From NCBI GenBank assembly GCA_036439915.1, contig GCA_036439915.1_3065.1: 64,000 nucleotides of DNA. One strand, 5' to 3'. This stretch comes from a phage. This document shows positions 42,862 through 54,341 of the stretch, piece after piece. Each line of letters starts with the position of its first letter. The stretch's first letter is position 1. Made by a program: the position numbers and the translations under genes. The notes under the pieces are model-generated. The model had not been told where the DNA came from and did not search any database. It worked only from the letters and a program-made list of their open reading frames with translations.

Positions 42862-43196
42862 AGTAGAAAATCTAATGTATTAGTTTTTTCACAACGAACA
42901 ACAGAAGGACGTAAAAGATTTTCGTCAATAGCTTCTGACTGAATTTTTTCAATTATACCCGAAGGAATAAATTTAGCAAATTGAGTTTCAGGAATAGAAT
43001 TTTCTTCTAAGAATGCTGTTGTAGCTTCAAGATAACTCATTCCAAACTCTTCTACCATTTTTTCAATAATAAATCCATTTTCTTGACGGTCAAGAAGCTT
43101 TGCAATTTCATCCTTTTCTTTCTTAATTGAAAGTTCTTTTTCTGAAAGACCGGTCTCATCGACCGGACGAATATCATTTAGAGAAAACTGTGTCAT
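42858..43196 (-). CDS. 33: Late transcription co-activator gp33
   Basis: 112 aa from MTQFSLNDIRPVD (recalled T4 gp33 start). Confidence 0.8.
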   Translation of the reverse strand: MTQFSLNDIRPVDETGLSEKELSIKKEKDEIAKLLDRQENGFIIEKMVEEFGMSYLEATTAFLEENSIPETQFAKFIPSGIIEKIQSEAIDENLLRPSVVRCEKTNTLDFLL

Positions 43197-43443
43197 AAAG
43201 TTCAACTACCTCTTCGGTTTCAGCTTCAAACACATCACGGTTATCTTTATGATACAAAGCTAATAGACGATTAAACATCTTACCATCAACGCCAAGTTCA
43301 TCTTTGGCACGAATTCGAATATCTTTAATCAATTCATTATAACCGGAAATTTTCAGTTTATGATCAGATGCTTCTTTAATAAATTTAGCCAAGTCTTCGC
43401 CATGGATAGCTTCATCAAATTCAACCATTTCTTTTTTAGCCAT
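43174..43443 (-). CDS. dsbA: DsbA dsDNA-binding protein
   Basis: 89 aa (T4 DsbA length) between rnh and gene 33. Confidence 0.75.
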   Translation of the reverse strand: MAKKEMVEFDEAIHGEDLAKFIKEASDHKLKISGYNELIKDIRIRAKDELGVDGKMFNRLLALYHKDNRDVFEAETEEVVELYDTVFSK

Positions 43444-43451
43444 TATTCACC

Positions 43452-44369
43452 TCAAAATTCATTAATGCTATTAGTTAATTTAGAAAGACCCGCTTTTACA
43501 AAATATGAATAAATTTTGCCACGCGGTGGTAATTTATATGAATTATAGTAATTCACAATGTTTGAAGCAATATTATCAGGAATATAATCAAAATCAATTA
43601 GAACTAAATTTTCTTTATAACGATTATATTCAGATTCTGTGAGAAGCACCTTAGCTTGCTCACGGTCATTAGCAATAGCTTCAACGATTGAAGTTTTCAT
43701 TGAAGGAGTTCGTTCACCTTCAACTTTGGTAAACCAAAAGTCAGATCGTACTTTAACTGAAGCAACGTTATCCTTTTTGTCGCCTTTAAGGATTTTAGTC
43801 ATACAGTCAATTTCAGCAGAACCGCTTTTAATTTTAACCCATTTCTTATGCATCGGTGACCATTGCTTAACATTTGGGTATTTGTGAAGCTGTGTAAAGT
43901 CACCATCCGACGAAATGATTAAAATTTTATGTCCTTCTAAAGAGAACTTTTTAACAAGAACAGCAATGTGGTCATCTGCTTCATACTTATCAATATCCAT
44001 AACAATGTATGGCATATAAGCTTTCAATTCATCTATAACTTTATGACTGGATTCAAAATAACCTTCCCAGTCCCAAGTAGATTCTTCTCGTGCTTTTCCG
44101 CGGTTTTTCTTATAATAATACGCGAAATCACGACGCCAGTATCCAGATTTCGCGTTATCAATACACAGTACAATTTTAGTGTATCCAAGCGTTTTTGCTT
44201 TTTTAACATTAAACTTAATTGAGTTCAATATCAAATGACGAACCATTGATAAATTAATTTTTTCTTTATCTGGGAAGTTTACCAAAGCAGTTGAAAGCGC
44301 AATTTGACTAAAGTCAATTAAGCAGATTCCTTCTTTGTAATCTTCATCCAGCATCATTTCTAAATCCAT
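43452..44369 (-). CDS. rnh: RNase H (5'-3' exonuclease / flap endonuclease)
   Basis: 305 aa from second in-frame ATG; position as in T4. Confidence 0.85.
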   Translation of the reverse strand: MDLEMMLDEDYKEGICLIDFSQIALSTALVNFPDKEKINLSMVRHLILNSIKFNVKKAKTLGYTKIVLCIDNAKSGYWRRDFAYYYKKNRGKAREESTWDWEGYFESSHKVIDELKAYMPYIVMDIDKYEADDHIAVLVKKFSLEGHKILIISSDGDFTQLHKYPNVKQWSPMHKKWVKIKSGSAEIDCMTKILKGDKKDNVASVKVRSDFWFTKVEGERTPSMKTSIVEAIANDREQAKVLLTESEYNRYKENLVLIDFDYIPDNIASNIVNYYNSYKLPPRGKIYSYFVKAGLSKLTNSINEF

Positions 44370-44431
44370 ATGAACCTCGTTCAATTAGTGAGATTTCTAT
44401 TATATACCATCCGAATCTTAAAGTAAACAAG

Positions 44432-44439
44432 TATAAATA
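44432..44439 (+). promoter_or_regulatory. T4-type late promoter (TATAAATA) for gene 34
   Basis: Exact TATAAATA about 35 nt upstream of gene 34 ATG. Confidence 0.55.
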
Positions 44440-44473
44440 CTTATTATTGAAAACACAATAGGAGCCCGGGAGA

Positions 44474-47400
44474 ATGGCCGAGATTAAAAGAAAGTTCAGA
44501 GCAGAAGATGGTCTGGACGCAGGTGGTGATAAAATAATCAACGTAGCTTTAGCTGATCGTGCCGTAGGAACTGACGGTGTTAACGTTGATTACTTAATTC
44601 AAGAAAACACAGTTCAACAATATGATCCAACTCGTGGATATTTAAAAGATTTTGTAATCATTTATGATAACCGCTTTTGGGCTGCTATAAATGATATTCC
44701 AAAACCAGCAGGAGCTTTTAATAGCGTACGATGGAGAGCGTTACGCACTGATGCAAACTGGACAACTGTTTCGTCAGGACCTTATCAATTAAAATCAGGC
44801 GAATCGATTTCAGTTAACACCGCAGCGGGTAATGACATTACATTTACTTTGCCATCTTCTCCAATTGATGGTGATACTATCGTTCTCCAAGATATTGGAG
44901 GAAAACCTGGAGTTAACCAGGTTTTAATTACAGCTCCGGTACAAAGCATTGTAAACTTTAGAGGTCAACAAGTACGCTCAGTACTAATGACTCATCCAAA
45001 ATCACAGATAGTTTTAATTTTTAGTAATCGTCTGTGGCAAATGTATGTTGCTGATTATAGCAGAGAAGCTGTAGTTGTAACACCGGCGAGTCTTTATCAG
45101 GCGCAATCAAACGATTTTATCGTGCGTAGATTTACTTCTGCTTCAGCAATTAATATTAAACTTCCTAGATTTGCTAATCATGGGGATATTATTAATTTTG
45201 TTGATTTAGATAAATTAAATCCGTTATATCATACTATCGTTACTACATACGATGAAACGACTTCAGTACAAGAAGTTGGAACTCATTCCATTGAAGGCCG
45301 TACATCTATTGATGGTTTCTTGATGTTTGATGATAATGAGAAATTGTGGAGATTGTTTGACGGGGATAGTAAAGCACGTTTACGCATTATAACGACTAAT
45401 TCTAATATTCGTCCAAATGAAGAAGTCATGGTATTTGGCGCGAATAATGGAACAACCCAAACAATTGAACTTCAGCTTCCAACTGATATTTCTATCGGTG
45501 ATACTGTTAAGATTTCCATGAATTATATGAGAAAAGGACAAACAGTTAAAATCAAAGCTGCCGGTGAAGATAAAATTGCTTCTTCAGTTCAATTGCTGCA
45601 ATTTCCAAAACGTTCAGAATACCCACCTGAAACTAAATGGGTGACTGTTCAAGAATTAGTTTTTAATGGCGAAACCAATTATGTTCCAGTTTTACAGCTT
45701 GCTTATATCGAAGATTCCGATGGAAAATATTGGGTTGTACAGCAAAACGTTCCAACTGTAGAAAGAGTAGACTCTTTAAATAATTCTACTAGAGCAAGAT
45801 TAGGCGTAATTGCTTTAGCTACACAGGCTCAAGCTAATGCTGATCTAGAAAATTCTCCACAAAAAGAACTGGCAATTACTCCAGAAACGTTAGCTAATCG
45901 TACTGCTACAGAAACTCGTAGAGGTATTGCAAGAATAGCAACAACTGCGCAAGTAAACCAGGATACCACATTCTCTTTTGCAGATGACCTTATCATCACT
46001 CCTAAAAAGTTGAATGAAAGAACTGCTACAGAAACTCGTAGGGGTGTCGCTGAAATTGCTACGCAGCAAGAAACAAACACAGGAACAGATGATACAACCA
46101 TCATTACTCCTAAAAAGCTTCAAGCTCGTCAAGGTTCTGAATCATTATCTGGTATTGTAACTTTTGTATCTACTGCAGGTGCTACTCCGGCTTCTAGCCG
46201 TGAATTAAATGGTACAAATGTTTATAATAAAAACACTAATAACTTAGTTGTTTCGCCAAAAGCTTTGGACCAGTATAAAGCTACGCCTACTCAACAGGGT
46301 GCAGTAATTTTAGCAGTTGAAAGTGAAGTAATTGCTGGACAAAGTCAGGAAGGATGGGCAAATGCTGTTGTAACGCCAGAAACGTTACATAAAAAGACAT
46401 CAACTGATGGAAGAATTGGTTTAATTGAAATTGCTACGCAAAGTGAAGTTAATACAGGAACTGATTATACTCGTGCAGTCACTCCTAAAACTTTAAATGA
46501 CCGTAGAGCAACTGAAAGTTTAAGTGGTATAGCTGAAATTGCTACACAAGTTGAATTCGACGCAGGCGTCGACGATACTCGTATCTCTACACCATTAAAA
46601 ATTAAAACTAGATTTAATAGTACTGATCGTACTTCTGTTGTTGCTCTATCTGGATTAGTTGAATCAGGAACTCTCTGGGACCATTATACCCTTAATATTC
46701 TTGAAGCAAATGAGACACAACGTGGTACACTTCGTGTGGCTACACAAGTTGAAGCTGCTGCTGGAAAATTAGATAATGTTTTAATAACTCCTAAAAAGCT
46801 TTTAGGTACTAAATCTACTGAAGCACAAGAAGGTGTTATTAAAGTTGCAACACAAACCGAAACTGTTGCTGGAACATCGGCAAATACTGCTGTATCTCCA
46901 AAAAATTTAAAATGGATTGTGCAGAGTGAACCTACTTGGGCAGCTACTACTGCAGTAAGAGGCTTTGTTAAAACTTCATCTGGTTCAATTACATTCGTTG
47001 GTAATGATACAGCCGGTTCTACTCAGGACTTAGAGCTATACGAGAAAAATAGCTATGCAGTATCACCATACGAATTAAACCGTGTATTAGCAAATTATTT
47101 GCCATTAAAAGCAAAAGCTGCAGATAGTAATTTATTGGATGGTCTAGATTCATCTCAGTTCATTCGTAGGGATATTGCGCAGACGGTTAATGGTTCACTA
47201 ACCTTAACTCAACAAACGAATCTGAGTGCCCCTCTTGTATCATCTAGTACTGCTACGTTCGGTGGATCAGTTTCAGCAAATAGTACATTAACTATTTCTA
47301 ATACTGGAACAGCAACTCGATTGATTTTTGAGAAAGGACCTCAAACTGGAACAAACCCAGCCCAAACGATGACTGTTAGAGTGTGGGGAAATCAATTTAG

Positions 47401-48343
47401 TGGGGAATTAGATACAACACGTTCTACCGTATTTGAAGTTAGTGATGAAACATCTAGTCATTTTTATTCTCAGCGCAATAAAGCCGGAAATATAACATTT
47501 AATATCAACGGTACAGTAACACCGATAAATGTTAATGCTTCAGGAACATTGAATGCAAATGGCGTAGCAACATTTGGTAATTCAGTCACTGCAACTGGTG
47601 AAATTATTTCTCGAAGCGCAAATGCTTTCCGTGCTATTAACGGAAATTACGGTTTCATTGTTCGCAATGATGGATCAGTAACGAATTTTATGCTTACTGC
47701 ATCGGGTGATCAGACTGGTGGATTTAATGGATTACGCCCATTAGCTATTAATAATGCATCTGGCCAAGTAACGATTGGTGAAAGCTTAATCATTGCCAAA
47801 GGTGCTACTATAAATTCAGGTGGTTTGACTGTTAACTCGAGAATTCGTTCTCAAGGTACTAAAACATCTGACTTATATACACGTGCGCCAACATCTGATA
47901 CTGTAGGATTCTGGTCAATTGATATTAACGATTCAGCTACTTATAACCAGTTCCCAGGTTATTTTAAAATGGTTGAAAAAACTAATGAAGTGACTGGTCT
48001 TCCATATTTAGAACGTGGCGAAGAAGTTAAATCTCCTGGTACACTGACTCAGTTTGGTAACACACTTGATTCGCTTTACCAAGATTGGATTACTTATCCA
48101 ACAACGCCAGAGGCGCGTACCACTCGCTGGACACGTACATGGCAGAAAACCAAAAATTCTTGGTCAAGTTTTGTTCAGGTATTTGATGGAGGTAACCCTC
48201 CTCAACCGTCTGATATCGGTGCTTTACCATCTGATAATGCTACAATGGGTAATCTTACTATTCGTGATTTCTTACGAATTGGTAATGTTCGCATTATTCC
48301 TGACCCAGTGAATAAAACTGTTAAATTTGAATGGGTTGAATAA
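44474..48343 (+). CDS. 34: Long tail fibre proximal subunit gp34
   Basis: 1289 aa (T4 gp34 length). Confidence 0.9.
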   Translation: MAEIKRKFRAEDGLDAGGDKIINVALADRAVGTDGVNVDYLIQENTVQQYDPTRGYLKDFVIIYDNRFWAAINDIPKPAGAFNSVRWRALRTDANWTTVSSGPYQLKSGESISVNTAAGNDITFTLPSSPIDGDTIVLQDIGGKPGVNQVLITAPVQSIVNFRGQQVRSVLMTHPKSQIVLIFSNRLWQMYVADYSREAVVVTPASLYQAQSNDFIVRRFTSASAINIKLPRFANHGDIINFVDLDKLNPLYHTIVTTYDETTSVQEVGTHSIEGRTSIDGFLMFDDNEKLWRLFDGDSKARLRIITTNSNIRPNEEVMVFGANNGTTQTIELQLPTDISIGDTVKISMNYMRKGQTVKIKAAGEDKIASSVQLLQFPKRSEYPPETKWVTVQELVFNGETNYVPVLQLAYIEDSDGKYWVVQQNVPTVERVDSLNNSTRARLGVIALATQAQANADLENSPQKELAITPETLANRTATETRRGIARIATTAQVNQDTTFSFADDLIITPKKLNERTATETRRGVAEIATQQETNTGTDDTTIITPKKLQARQGSESLSGIVTFVSTAGATPASSRELNGTNVYNKNTNNLVVSPKALDQYKATPTQQGAVILAVESEVIAGQSQEGWANAVVTPETLHKKTSTDGRIGLIEIATQSEVNTGTDYTRAVTPKTLNDRRATESLSGIAEIATQVEFDAGVDDTRISTPLKIKTRFNSTDRTSVVALSGLVESGTLWDHYTLNILEANETQRGTLRVATQVEAAAGKLDNVLITPKKLLGTKSTEAQEGVIKVATQTETVAGTSANTAVSPKNLKWIVQSEPTWAATTAVRGFVKTSSGSITFVGNDTAGSTQDLELYEKNSYAVSPYELNRVLANYLPLKAKAADSNLLDGLDSSQFIRRDIAQTVNGSLTLTQQTNLSAPLVSSSTATFGGSVSANSTLTISNTGTATRLIFEKGPQTGTNPAQTMTVRVWGNQFSGELDTTRSTVFEVSDETSSHFYSQRNKAGNITFNINGTVTPINVNASGTLNANGVATFGNSVTATGEIISRSANAFRAINGNYGFIVRNDGSVTNFMLTASGDQTGGFNGLRPLAINNASGQVTIGESLIIAKGATINSGGLTVNSRIRSQGTKTSDLYTRAPTSDTVGFWSIDINDSATYNQFPGYFKMVEKTNEVTGLPYLERGEEVKSPGTLTQFGNTLDSLYQDWITYPTTPEARTTRWTRTWQKTKNSWSSFVQVFDGGNPPQPSDIGALPSDNATMGNLTIRDFLRIGNVRIIPDPVNKTVKFEWVE
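45839..46934 (+). repeat. Tandem ~35-aa coding repeats in the gp34 shaft
   Basis: About 8 units of pattern ITPKKL...ATE..G.A.IATQ.E.N.GTDDT. Confidence 0.6.
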
Positions 48344-48351
48344 GAGGTATT

Positions 48352-49467
48352 ATGGAAAAATTTATGGCAGAGTTTGGACAAGGATATGTCCAAACGCCAT
48401 TTTTATCGGAAAGCAATTCAGTAAGATATAAAATAAGCATAGCGGGTTCTTGCCCGCTTTCTACAGCAGGACCATACGTTAAATTTCAAGATAATCCTGT
48501 AGGAAGTCAAACATTTAGTGCAGGTCTTCATTTAAGAGTTTTTGACCCTTCTACAGGAGCATTGGTTGATAGTAAGTCATATGTTTTTTCTACTTCAAAT
48601 GATACAACATCTGCTGCTTTTGTTAGTTTCATGAATTCTTTTTCAAGCAATAGACTTGTTGCTATATTAACTAGCGGAAAGGTTAATTTTCCTCCTGAAG
48701 TAGTATCTTGGTTAAGAACGGCAGGAACATCTGCTTTTCCATCTGATTCTTTATTGTCAAGATTTGACGTATCATATGCTGCCTTTTACACTTCTTCTAA
48801 AAGAGCTATCGCACTAGAGCATGTTAAACTGAGTAACAGAAAAAGCACAGATGACTATCAAACTATATTAGATGTAGTATTTGATAGTTTAGAAGATGTT
48901 GGAGCGACAGGATTTCCTAAAAGAACATATGAAAGCGTTGAGCAATTTATGTCAGCTGTTGGTGGAACTAATAACGAAATTGCATGTCTACCTACAGCAT
49001 CTGCAATAAGTAAACTTTCTGACTATAATTTAATTCCTGGAGATGTTCTTTATCTTAAAGCACAACTATATGCTGATGCTGATTTATTAGCGTTGGGAAC
49101 TACTAATATTTCAATTCGTTTTTATAATGCGTCGAATGGATATATTTCCTCGACACAAGCTGAGTTTACCGGACAAGCTGGGTCTTGGGAATTAAAAGAA
49201 GATTATGTAGTTGTTCCAGAAAATGCAGTTGGATTTACGATATACGCACAGAGAACTGCACAAGCGGGTCAAGGCGGTATGAGAAATTTAAGCTTTTCTG
49301 AAGTGTCAAGAAATGGTGGCATTTCAAAACCTGCTGAGTTTGGCGTCAATGGTATTCGAGTTAATTATATCTGTGAATCTGCTTCACCTCCGGATATAAT
49401 GGTACTTCCTACGCAAGCATCGTCTAAAACTGGTAAAGTGTTTGGACAGGAATTTAGAGAAGTTTAA
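48352..49467 (+). CDS. 35: Tail fibre hinge protein gp35
   Basis: 371 aa, directly after gene 34. Confidence 0.85.
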   Translation: MEKFMAEFGQGYVQTPFLSESNSVRYKISIAGSCPLSTAGPYVKFQDNPVGSQTFSAGLHLRVFDPSTGALVDSKSYVFSTSNDTTSAAFVSFMNSFSSNRLVAILTSGKVNFPPEVVSWLRTAGTSAFPSDSLLSRFDVSYAAFYTSSKRAIALEHVKLSNRKSTDDYQTILDVVFDSLEDVGATGFPKRTYESVEQFMSAVGGTNNEIACLPTASAISKLSDYNLIPGDVLYLKAQLYADADLLALGTTNISIRFYNASNGYISSTQAEFTGQAGSWELKEDYVVVPENAVGFTIYAQRTAQAGQGGMRNLSFSEVSRNGGISKPAEFGVNGIRVNYICESASPPDIMVLPTQASSKTGKVFGQEFREV

Positions 49468-49472
49468 ATTGA

Positions 49473-49499
49473 GGGAGCCTTCGGGTTCCCTTTTTCTTT
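49473..49499 (+). terminator. Terminator-like hairpin after gene 35
   Basis: Stem GGGAGCC / GGTTCCC with TTCG loop and T-run; overlaps late promoter for gene 36. Confidence 0.5.
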
Positions 49500-49506
49500 A
49501 TAAATA
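49499..49506 (+). promoter_or_regulatory. T4-type late promoter (TATAAATA) for gene 36
   Basis: Exact TATAAATA about 24 nt upstream of gene 36 ATG. Confidence 0.55.
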
Positions 49507-49529
49507 CTATTAAAATAAAGGGGCATACA

Positions 49530-50186
49530 ATGGCTGATTTAAAAGTAGGTTCAACAACTGGAGGCTCTGTCATTTGGCATCAAGGAAATTTTCCATTGAA
49601 TCCAGCCGGTGACGATGTACTCTATAAATCATTTAAAATATATTCAGAATATAATAAACCACAAGCTGCTGATAACGATTTCGTTTCTAAAGCTAATGGT
49701 GGTACATATTTAAATAAAGTAATTTTTAATAAAGGAATGACTGTTCCTGGTGCTGGGTCAGGTGACAACGGTATTTTTGCCGGTCCTGGTGATAATGCTA
49801 CATATGATACTACAAATATGGATATTGTTTCATGGTATGGTATCGGCTTTAAATCATCACAAGGGGCAGCAGGTAGAACTGTAGTAATTAACACACGAAA
49901 CGGAGATATTAGCTCAAAGGGTGTAATTGAAGCATCACAAATACGCGCAACTTCGTTATCACCAGTAAATAATTATGACCTTACGAGAAAAGATTATGTT
50001 GATGGAGCAATAAATATTGTTACAACAAATGCAAACTCTAGAGTATTACGCTCTGGAGACACTATGACAGGAAATTTAACTGCGCCAAACCTTTTTTCAC
50101 AGAATCCTGCATCTCAACCCTCGCATGTTCCGCGATTTGACCAAATCGTAATTAAGGATTCTGTTCAAGATTTCGGCTATTATTAA
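49530..50186 (+). CDS. 36: Tail fibre distal connector gp36
   Basis: 218 aa, position as in T4. Confidence 0.85.
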   Translation: MADLKVGSTTGGSVIWHQGNFPLNPAGDDVLYKSFKIYSEYNKPQAADNDFVSKANGGTYLNKVIFNKGMTVPGAGSGDNGIFAGPGDNATYDTTNMDIVSWYGIGFKSSQGAAGRTVVINTRNGDISSKGVIEASQIRATSLSPVNNYDLTRKDYVDGAINIVTTNANSRVLRSGDTMTGNLTAPNLFSQNPASQPSHVPRFDQIVIKDSVQDFGYY

Positions 50187-50194
50187 GAGGACTT

Positions 50195-53100
50195 ATGGCT
50201 ACTTTAAAACAAATACAATTTAAAAGAAGCAAAACGGCAGGTCAACGTCCAGCTGCTTCAGTATTAGCCGAAGGTGAATTGGCTATAAACTTAAAAGATC
50301 GTGTACTTTTTACTAAAGATGATCAAGGAAATATTATTGACTTAGGTTTTGCTAAAGGCGGTAGTATTGATGGGAATGTTATTCATAAAGGCAATTATAA
50401 CCAAACTGGCGATTATACTTTAAACGGTACATTCGCCCAGACTGGTAATTTTAATTTAACCGGTATTGCTCGAGTAACTCGTGATATTATTGCTGCTGGG
50501 CAGATTATGACTGAAGGCGGAGAACTTATTACAAAAAGTTCAGGAACGGCACACGTTCGTTTTCATGATTCCGCCGACCGTGAACGCGGTATTATTTTTT
50601 CTCCTGCTAATGACGGTTTAACTACACAAGTAGTTAACATCAGAGTTCAAGATTACAAAGCTGGTTCAGAAAGCACTTTCGCTTTTAATGGAAATGGTTT
50701 GTTTTCTTCACCAGAAGTTTTTGGGTGGAAATCTGTATCAACTCCGGTAATTTATACCAATAAAGTTATCACCAATAAAAAAGTTAAAGATGATTATGAC
50801 ATCTATTCGATGGCAGACAATGTTCCATTGTCTGAAAGCACTACTGCTATTAATCATCTTCGTGTTATGCGTAATGCAGTTGGTTCTGGTATTTTCCATG
50901 AAGTTAAAGATAATGATGGAATAACATGGTATAGTGGAGATGGATTAGACGCTTATCTTTGGTCATTTACTTGGAGCGGCGGAATTAAATCAAGTCACTC
51001 AATTTCCATCGGTTTAACACCCGGACCTAAGGATTACTCAATATTAGGACCGTCTAGTATCGCTTTAGGAGATAATGATACTGGATTTAAATGGCATCAA
51101 GACGGATATTATTTCAGTGTTAACAATGGCACAAAAACGTTTTTATTTAGTCCCAGCGAAACAACTAGCCTAAGAAAATTTGTAGCTGGATATTCTACTA
51201 ACGGAACCGATTTAACTACTCCTCCAACTGAAAATTATGCTCTTGCTACTGTAGTGACATACCATGATAATAACGCGTTTGGGGATGGTCAGACTCTTTT
51301 AGGATATTATCAAGGCGGTAACTATCATCATTATTTCCGCGGCAAGGGCACTACAAACATTAATACTCACGGCGGTTTGTTAGTTACTCCAGGCAATATT
51401 GACGTTATTGGTGGTTCTGTTAATATCGATGGTAGAAATAATGCTTCTACAGCGATGTTTAAAGGTAACACAACAGGTAGTAGTTCTGTGGATAACATGA
51501 CAATTTCTGTGTGGGGTAATACATTTACTAATCCTAGCGAAGGTAATCGCAAAAATGTCATGGAAATTTCCGATGCAACTAGCTGGATGAGCTATATTCA
51601 AAGACTTACTACTGGTGAAGTAGAAATGAACGTTAACGGTTCATTTGAATCATCTGGTGTTACTGCTGGAAATAGAGGAGTTCACACAACAGGCGAAATT
51701 TCATCTGGAGCAGTGAATGCTCTTCGCATTTGGAATGCAGATTATGGAGCCATTTTTAGACGTTCAGAAGGTAGTCTTCATATTATTCCAACTGCTTATG
51801 GTGAAGGCAAAAATGGTGATATTGGTCCACTTCGTCCATTTAGCATAGCTTTAGATACTGGTAAGGTTGTTATTCCAGATTTAGAATCAAGTTATAACAC
51901 GTTTGCTGCAAATGGCTACATTAAATTTGCTGGTCATGGGGCTGGTGCCGGCGGTTATGATATTCAGTATTCACAAGCTGCTCCTATTTTCCAAGAAATC
52001 GATGATGCTGCTGTAAGCAAATATTATCCTATTGTTAAACAGAAGTTTTTAAACGGTAAAGCTGTCTGGTCTTTAGGTACTGAAATTAATTCAGGTACAT
52101 TTGTTTTACATCATCTAAAAGAAGATGGTTCACAAGGCCATACATCAAGATTTAATGCTGATGGTACAGTTAATTTCCCCGATAATGTTCAAGTCGGCGG
52201 CGGTGAAGCTACTATTGCTCGTAATGGTAATATCTTCTCTGATATTTGGAAAACATTTACTTCTGCCGGAGAAACCACAAATATTCGCGATGCAATAGCT
52301 ACTCGTGTTTCTAAAGAAGGCGACACGATGACTGGTAAATTGACTTTATCAGCAGGCAATGATGCTCTCGTTTTAACTGCGGGCGAAGGTGCTTCATCAC
52401 ATATCCGTAGTGATGTAGGTGGTACAAATAACTGGTATATAGGCAAAGGTGGCGGCGACAGCGGTCTAGGTTTTTACAGTTACATTACACAGGGTGGTGT
52501 ATACATAACAAATAACGGCGAAATATCGCTTTCTCCTCAAGGTCAAGGAACATTTAATTTTAATAGAGATCGCATTCATATAAATGGCACACAATGGACT
52601 GCACACCAAGCTGGTGATTGGGGAAACCAATGGCGACAAGAAGCGCCGATATTTGTAGATTTTGGCAATGTCGGTAATGATAGTTATTACCCGATTATCA
52701 AAGGAAAATCTGGTATTACTAATGAAGGATACATATCGGGTGTTGATTTTGGTATGCGACGCACTACTAACCAATGGGCTCAGGCTATTATCCGTGTTGG
52801 TAACCAGGAAAATGGTTCTGACCCACAAGCTATCTATGAATTTCACCACAATGGAGTTCTGTATGCTCCTAATATGGTTCAAGCTGGAGCAAGATTATCA
52901 GCTGGCGGTGGTGACCCTGTATGGACCGGCCCGTGTCTTGTTATTGGTGATAATGATACTGGATTAGTTCATGGTGGTGACGGCCGAATCAATATGGTTG
53001 CAAATGGTGTGCATATTGCTTCGTGGTCTTCATCTTATCAGTCTCATCCTGGCCTTTGGGATTCAAACGGTGCTTTTTGGACAGAAGTTGGAAGAGCTAT

Positions 53101-53506
53101 CGTTTCTCATGGGCATCTCGTTCAGGCAAATGATAGTTATTCAACGTTTGTCCGTGATGTTTATGTCCGTTCTGATATTCGTGTTAAAAAGGACCTAGTT
53201 AAATTTGAAAATGCTTCTGAGAAGCTTTCAAAAATTAATGGTTACACTTATATGCAGAAGCGAGGCCTAGATGAAGAAGGTAATCAGAAATGGGAACCAA
53301 ACGCTGGGTTAATTGCTCAAGAAGTTCAAGCTATTTTACCTGAATTGGTTGAAGGCGATCAGGATAGTGAAGCTTTACTTCGTTTGAACTATAACGGTGT
53401 AATTGGTTTAAATACAGCTGCAATCAATGAGCATACTGCAGAAATTGCAGAACTTAAGTCAGAGATTGAAGAGCTTAAAAAATTAGTTAAATCATTGTTA
53501 AAATAA
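50195..53506 (+). CDS. 37: Long tail fibre distal subunit gp37 with C-terminal intramolecular-chaperone-like domain
   Basis: 1103 aa; C-terminal ~110 aa has coiled-coil tail [21 protein letters not shown] typical of auto-cleaved chaperone domains. Confidence 0.85.
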   Translation: MATLKQIQFKRSKTAGQRPAASVLAEGELAINLKDRVLFTKDDQGNIIDLGFAKGGSIDGNVIHKGNYNQTGDYTLNGTFAQTGNFNLTGIARVTRDIIAAGQIMTEGGELITKSSGTAHVRFHDSADRERGIIFSPANDGLTTQVVNIRVQDYKAGSESTFAFNGNGLFSSPEVFGWKSVSTPVIYTNKVITNKKVKDDYDIYSMADNVPLSESTTAINHLRVMRNAVGSGIFHEVKDNDGITWYSGDGLDAYLWSFTWSGGIKSSHSISIGLTPGPKDYSILGPSSIALGDNDTGFKWHQDGYYFSVNNGTKTFLFSPSETTSLRKFVAGYSTNGTDLTTPPTENYALATVVTYHDNNAFGDGQTLLGYYQGGNYHHYFRGKGTTNINTHGGLLVTPGNIDVIGGSVNIDGRNNASTAMFKGNTTGSSSVDNMTISVWGNTFTNPSEGNRKNVMEISDATSWMSYIQRLTTGEVEMNVNGSFESSGVTAGNRGVHTTGEISSGAVNALRIWNADYGAIFRRSEGSLHIIPTAYGEGKNGDIGPLRPFSIALDTGKVVIPDLESSYNTFAANGYIKFAGHGAGAGGYDIQYSQAAPIFQEIDDAAVSKYYPIVKQKFLNGKAVWSLGTEINSGTFVLHHLKEDGSQGHTSRFNADGTVNFPDNVQVGGGEATIARNGNIFSDIWKTFTSAGETTNIRDAIATRVSKEGDTMTGKLTLSAGNDALVLTAGEGASSHIRSDVGGTNNWYIGKGGGDSGLGFYSYITQGGVYITNNGEISLSPQGQGTFNFNRDRIHINGTQWTAHQAGDWGNQWRQEAPIFVDFGNVGNDSYYPIIKGKSGITNEGYISGVDFGMRRTTNQWAQAIIRVGNQENGSDPQAIYEFHHNGVLYAPNMVQAGARLSAGGGDPVWTGPCLVIGDNDTGLVHGGDGRINMVANGVHIASWSSSYQSHPGLWDSNGAFWTEVGRAIVSHGHLVQANDSYSTFVRDVYVRSDIRVKKDLVKFENASEKLSKINGYTYMQKRGLDEEGNQKWEPNAGLIAQEVQAILPELVEGDQDSEALLRLNYNGVIGLNTAAINEHTAEIAELKSEIEELKKLVKSLLK

Positions 53507-53537
53507 AATGAGGGGCTTCGGCCCCTTGGAGGTTTAT

Positions 53538-54311
53538 ATGGCAGTTGAAGGACCGTGGGTAGGATGGTCTGCGAGGGTACAAACTGGAGACCCTTGGATG
53601 GGTGGTGCCGCACAGAGATTGAGAATGGGAATTCCGTTTTGGATGAGTAATATGATAGGTCGATCTGTTGAAGTAATTCACACGCTTGGAGCAGACCATA
53701 ACTTCAATGGTCAATGGTTCCGAGATAGATGTTTTGAGGCAGGTAGTACACCTATAGTGTTTAATATCACTGGAGATTTAGTATCATATTCTAAAGATGT
53801 TCCTTTATTCTTCATGTACGGAGATACACCGAATGAATATGTTCAGTTGAATATACACGGCGTAACGATGTATGGACGTGGCGGGAATGGCGGTAGCAAT
53901 AGTCCCGGATCGGCTGGGGGTCATTGTATTCAAAATGATATTGGTGGAAGACTAAGAATTAATAATGGCGGAGCTATTGCAGGCGGCGGTGGCGGCGGCG
54001 GCGGCGGTAACTACGGTAGACTATCATTTGGTGGTGGTGGTGGTCGCCCATTCGGTGCTGGCGGGTCTTCCTCTCATATGGGTGCTGGTGCAACCGCTGG
54101 CACCATTTCCGCTCCGGGTGCAGGATCTGTCGGTAAGGGGTCTCTTTGGGTATATACAGGCGGGAATGGCGGTGAAGTTGGCTCAGCAGGAGGTAGATGT
54201 AATATTCATGGGAACGGTACAGAATATAACGGTGGTGCTGCTGGTTATGCCGTCATAGGGTCTACACCGACATGGCAAAACGTTGGAGCAATATATGGTC
54301 CAAGAGTATAA
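53538..54311 (+). CDS. 38: T2-type tail fibre tip adhesin gp38
   Basis: 257 aa from MAVEGPW (SD GGAGG); Gly-rich motifs alternating with variable segments. Confidence 0.85.
   Translation: MAVEGPWVGWSARVQTGDPWMGGAAQRLRMGIPFWMSNMIGRSVEVIHTLGADHNFNGQWFRDRCFEAGSTPIVFNITGDLVSYSKDVPLFFMYGDTPNEYVQLNIHGVTMYGRGGNGGSNSPGSAGGHCIQNDIGGRLRINNGGAIAGGGGGGGGGNYGRLSFGGGGGRPFGAGGSSSHMGAGATAGTISAPGAGSVGKGSLWVYTGGNGGEVGSAGGRCNIHGNGTEYNGGAAGYAVIGSTPTWQNVGAIYGPRV
53982..54045 (+). repeat. GGC/GGT triplet runs encoding poly-Gly in gp38
   Basis: ggcggcggtggcggcggcggcggcggt and ggtggtggtggtggt. Confidence 0.7.
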
Positions 54312-54341
54312 TTTGAATAAATATCCTTAAAAGGAGGGTCT

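Noticed and set aside
45829-46132. Minus-strand ORFs inside the gp34 repeat region
   Set aside because: Produced by the tandem coding repeats of gp34; antisense and Cys/Ser-rich low complexity.
51367-53198. Several 60-140 aa ORFs in alternative frames inside gene 37
   Set aside because: All nested in the 1103-aa gp37 frame, on either strand, with no independent signals.
53508-53537. Upstream ATG extension of gene 38 (track start 53508)
   Set aside because: That ATG lies inside the gene 37 terminal hairpin; the ATG at 53538 has SD GGAGG at proper spacing and gives a typical gp38 N-terminus MAVEGPW.
53965-54258. 97-aa alternative-frame ORF inside gene 38
   Set aside because: Frame-shifted reading of the GGC/GGT-rich Gly codons; Ala/Val-rich artefact.
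54312-54341. Late promoter for holin t
   Set aside because: Closest motif is AATAAATA, one mismatch from consensus; too weak to call without mapping.
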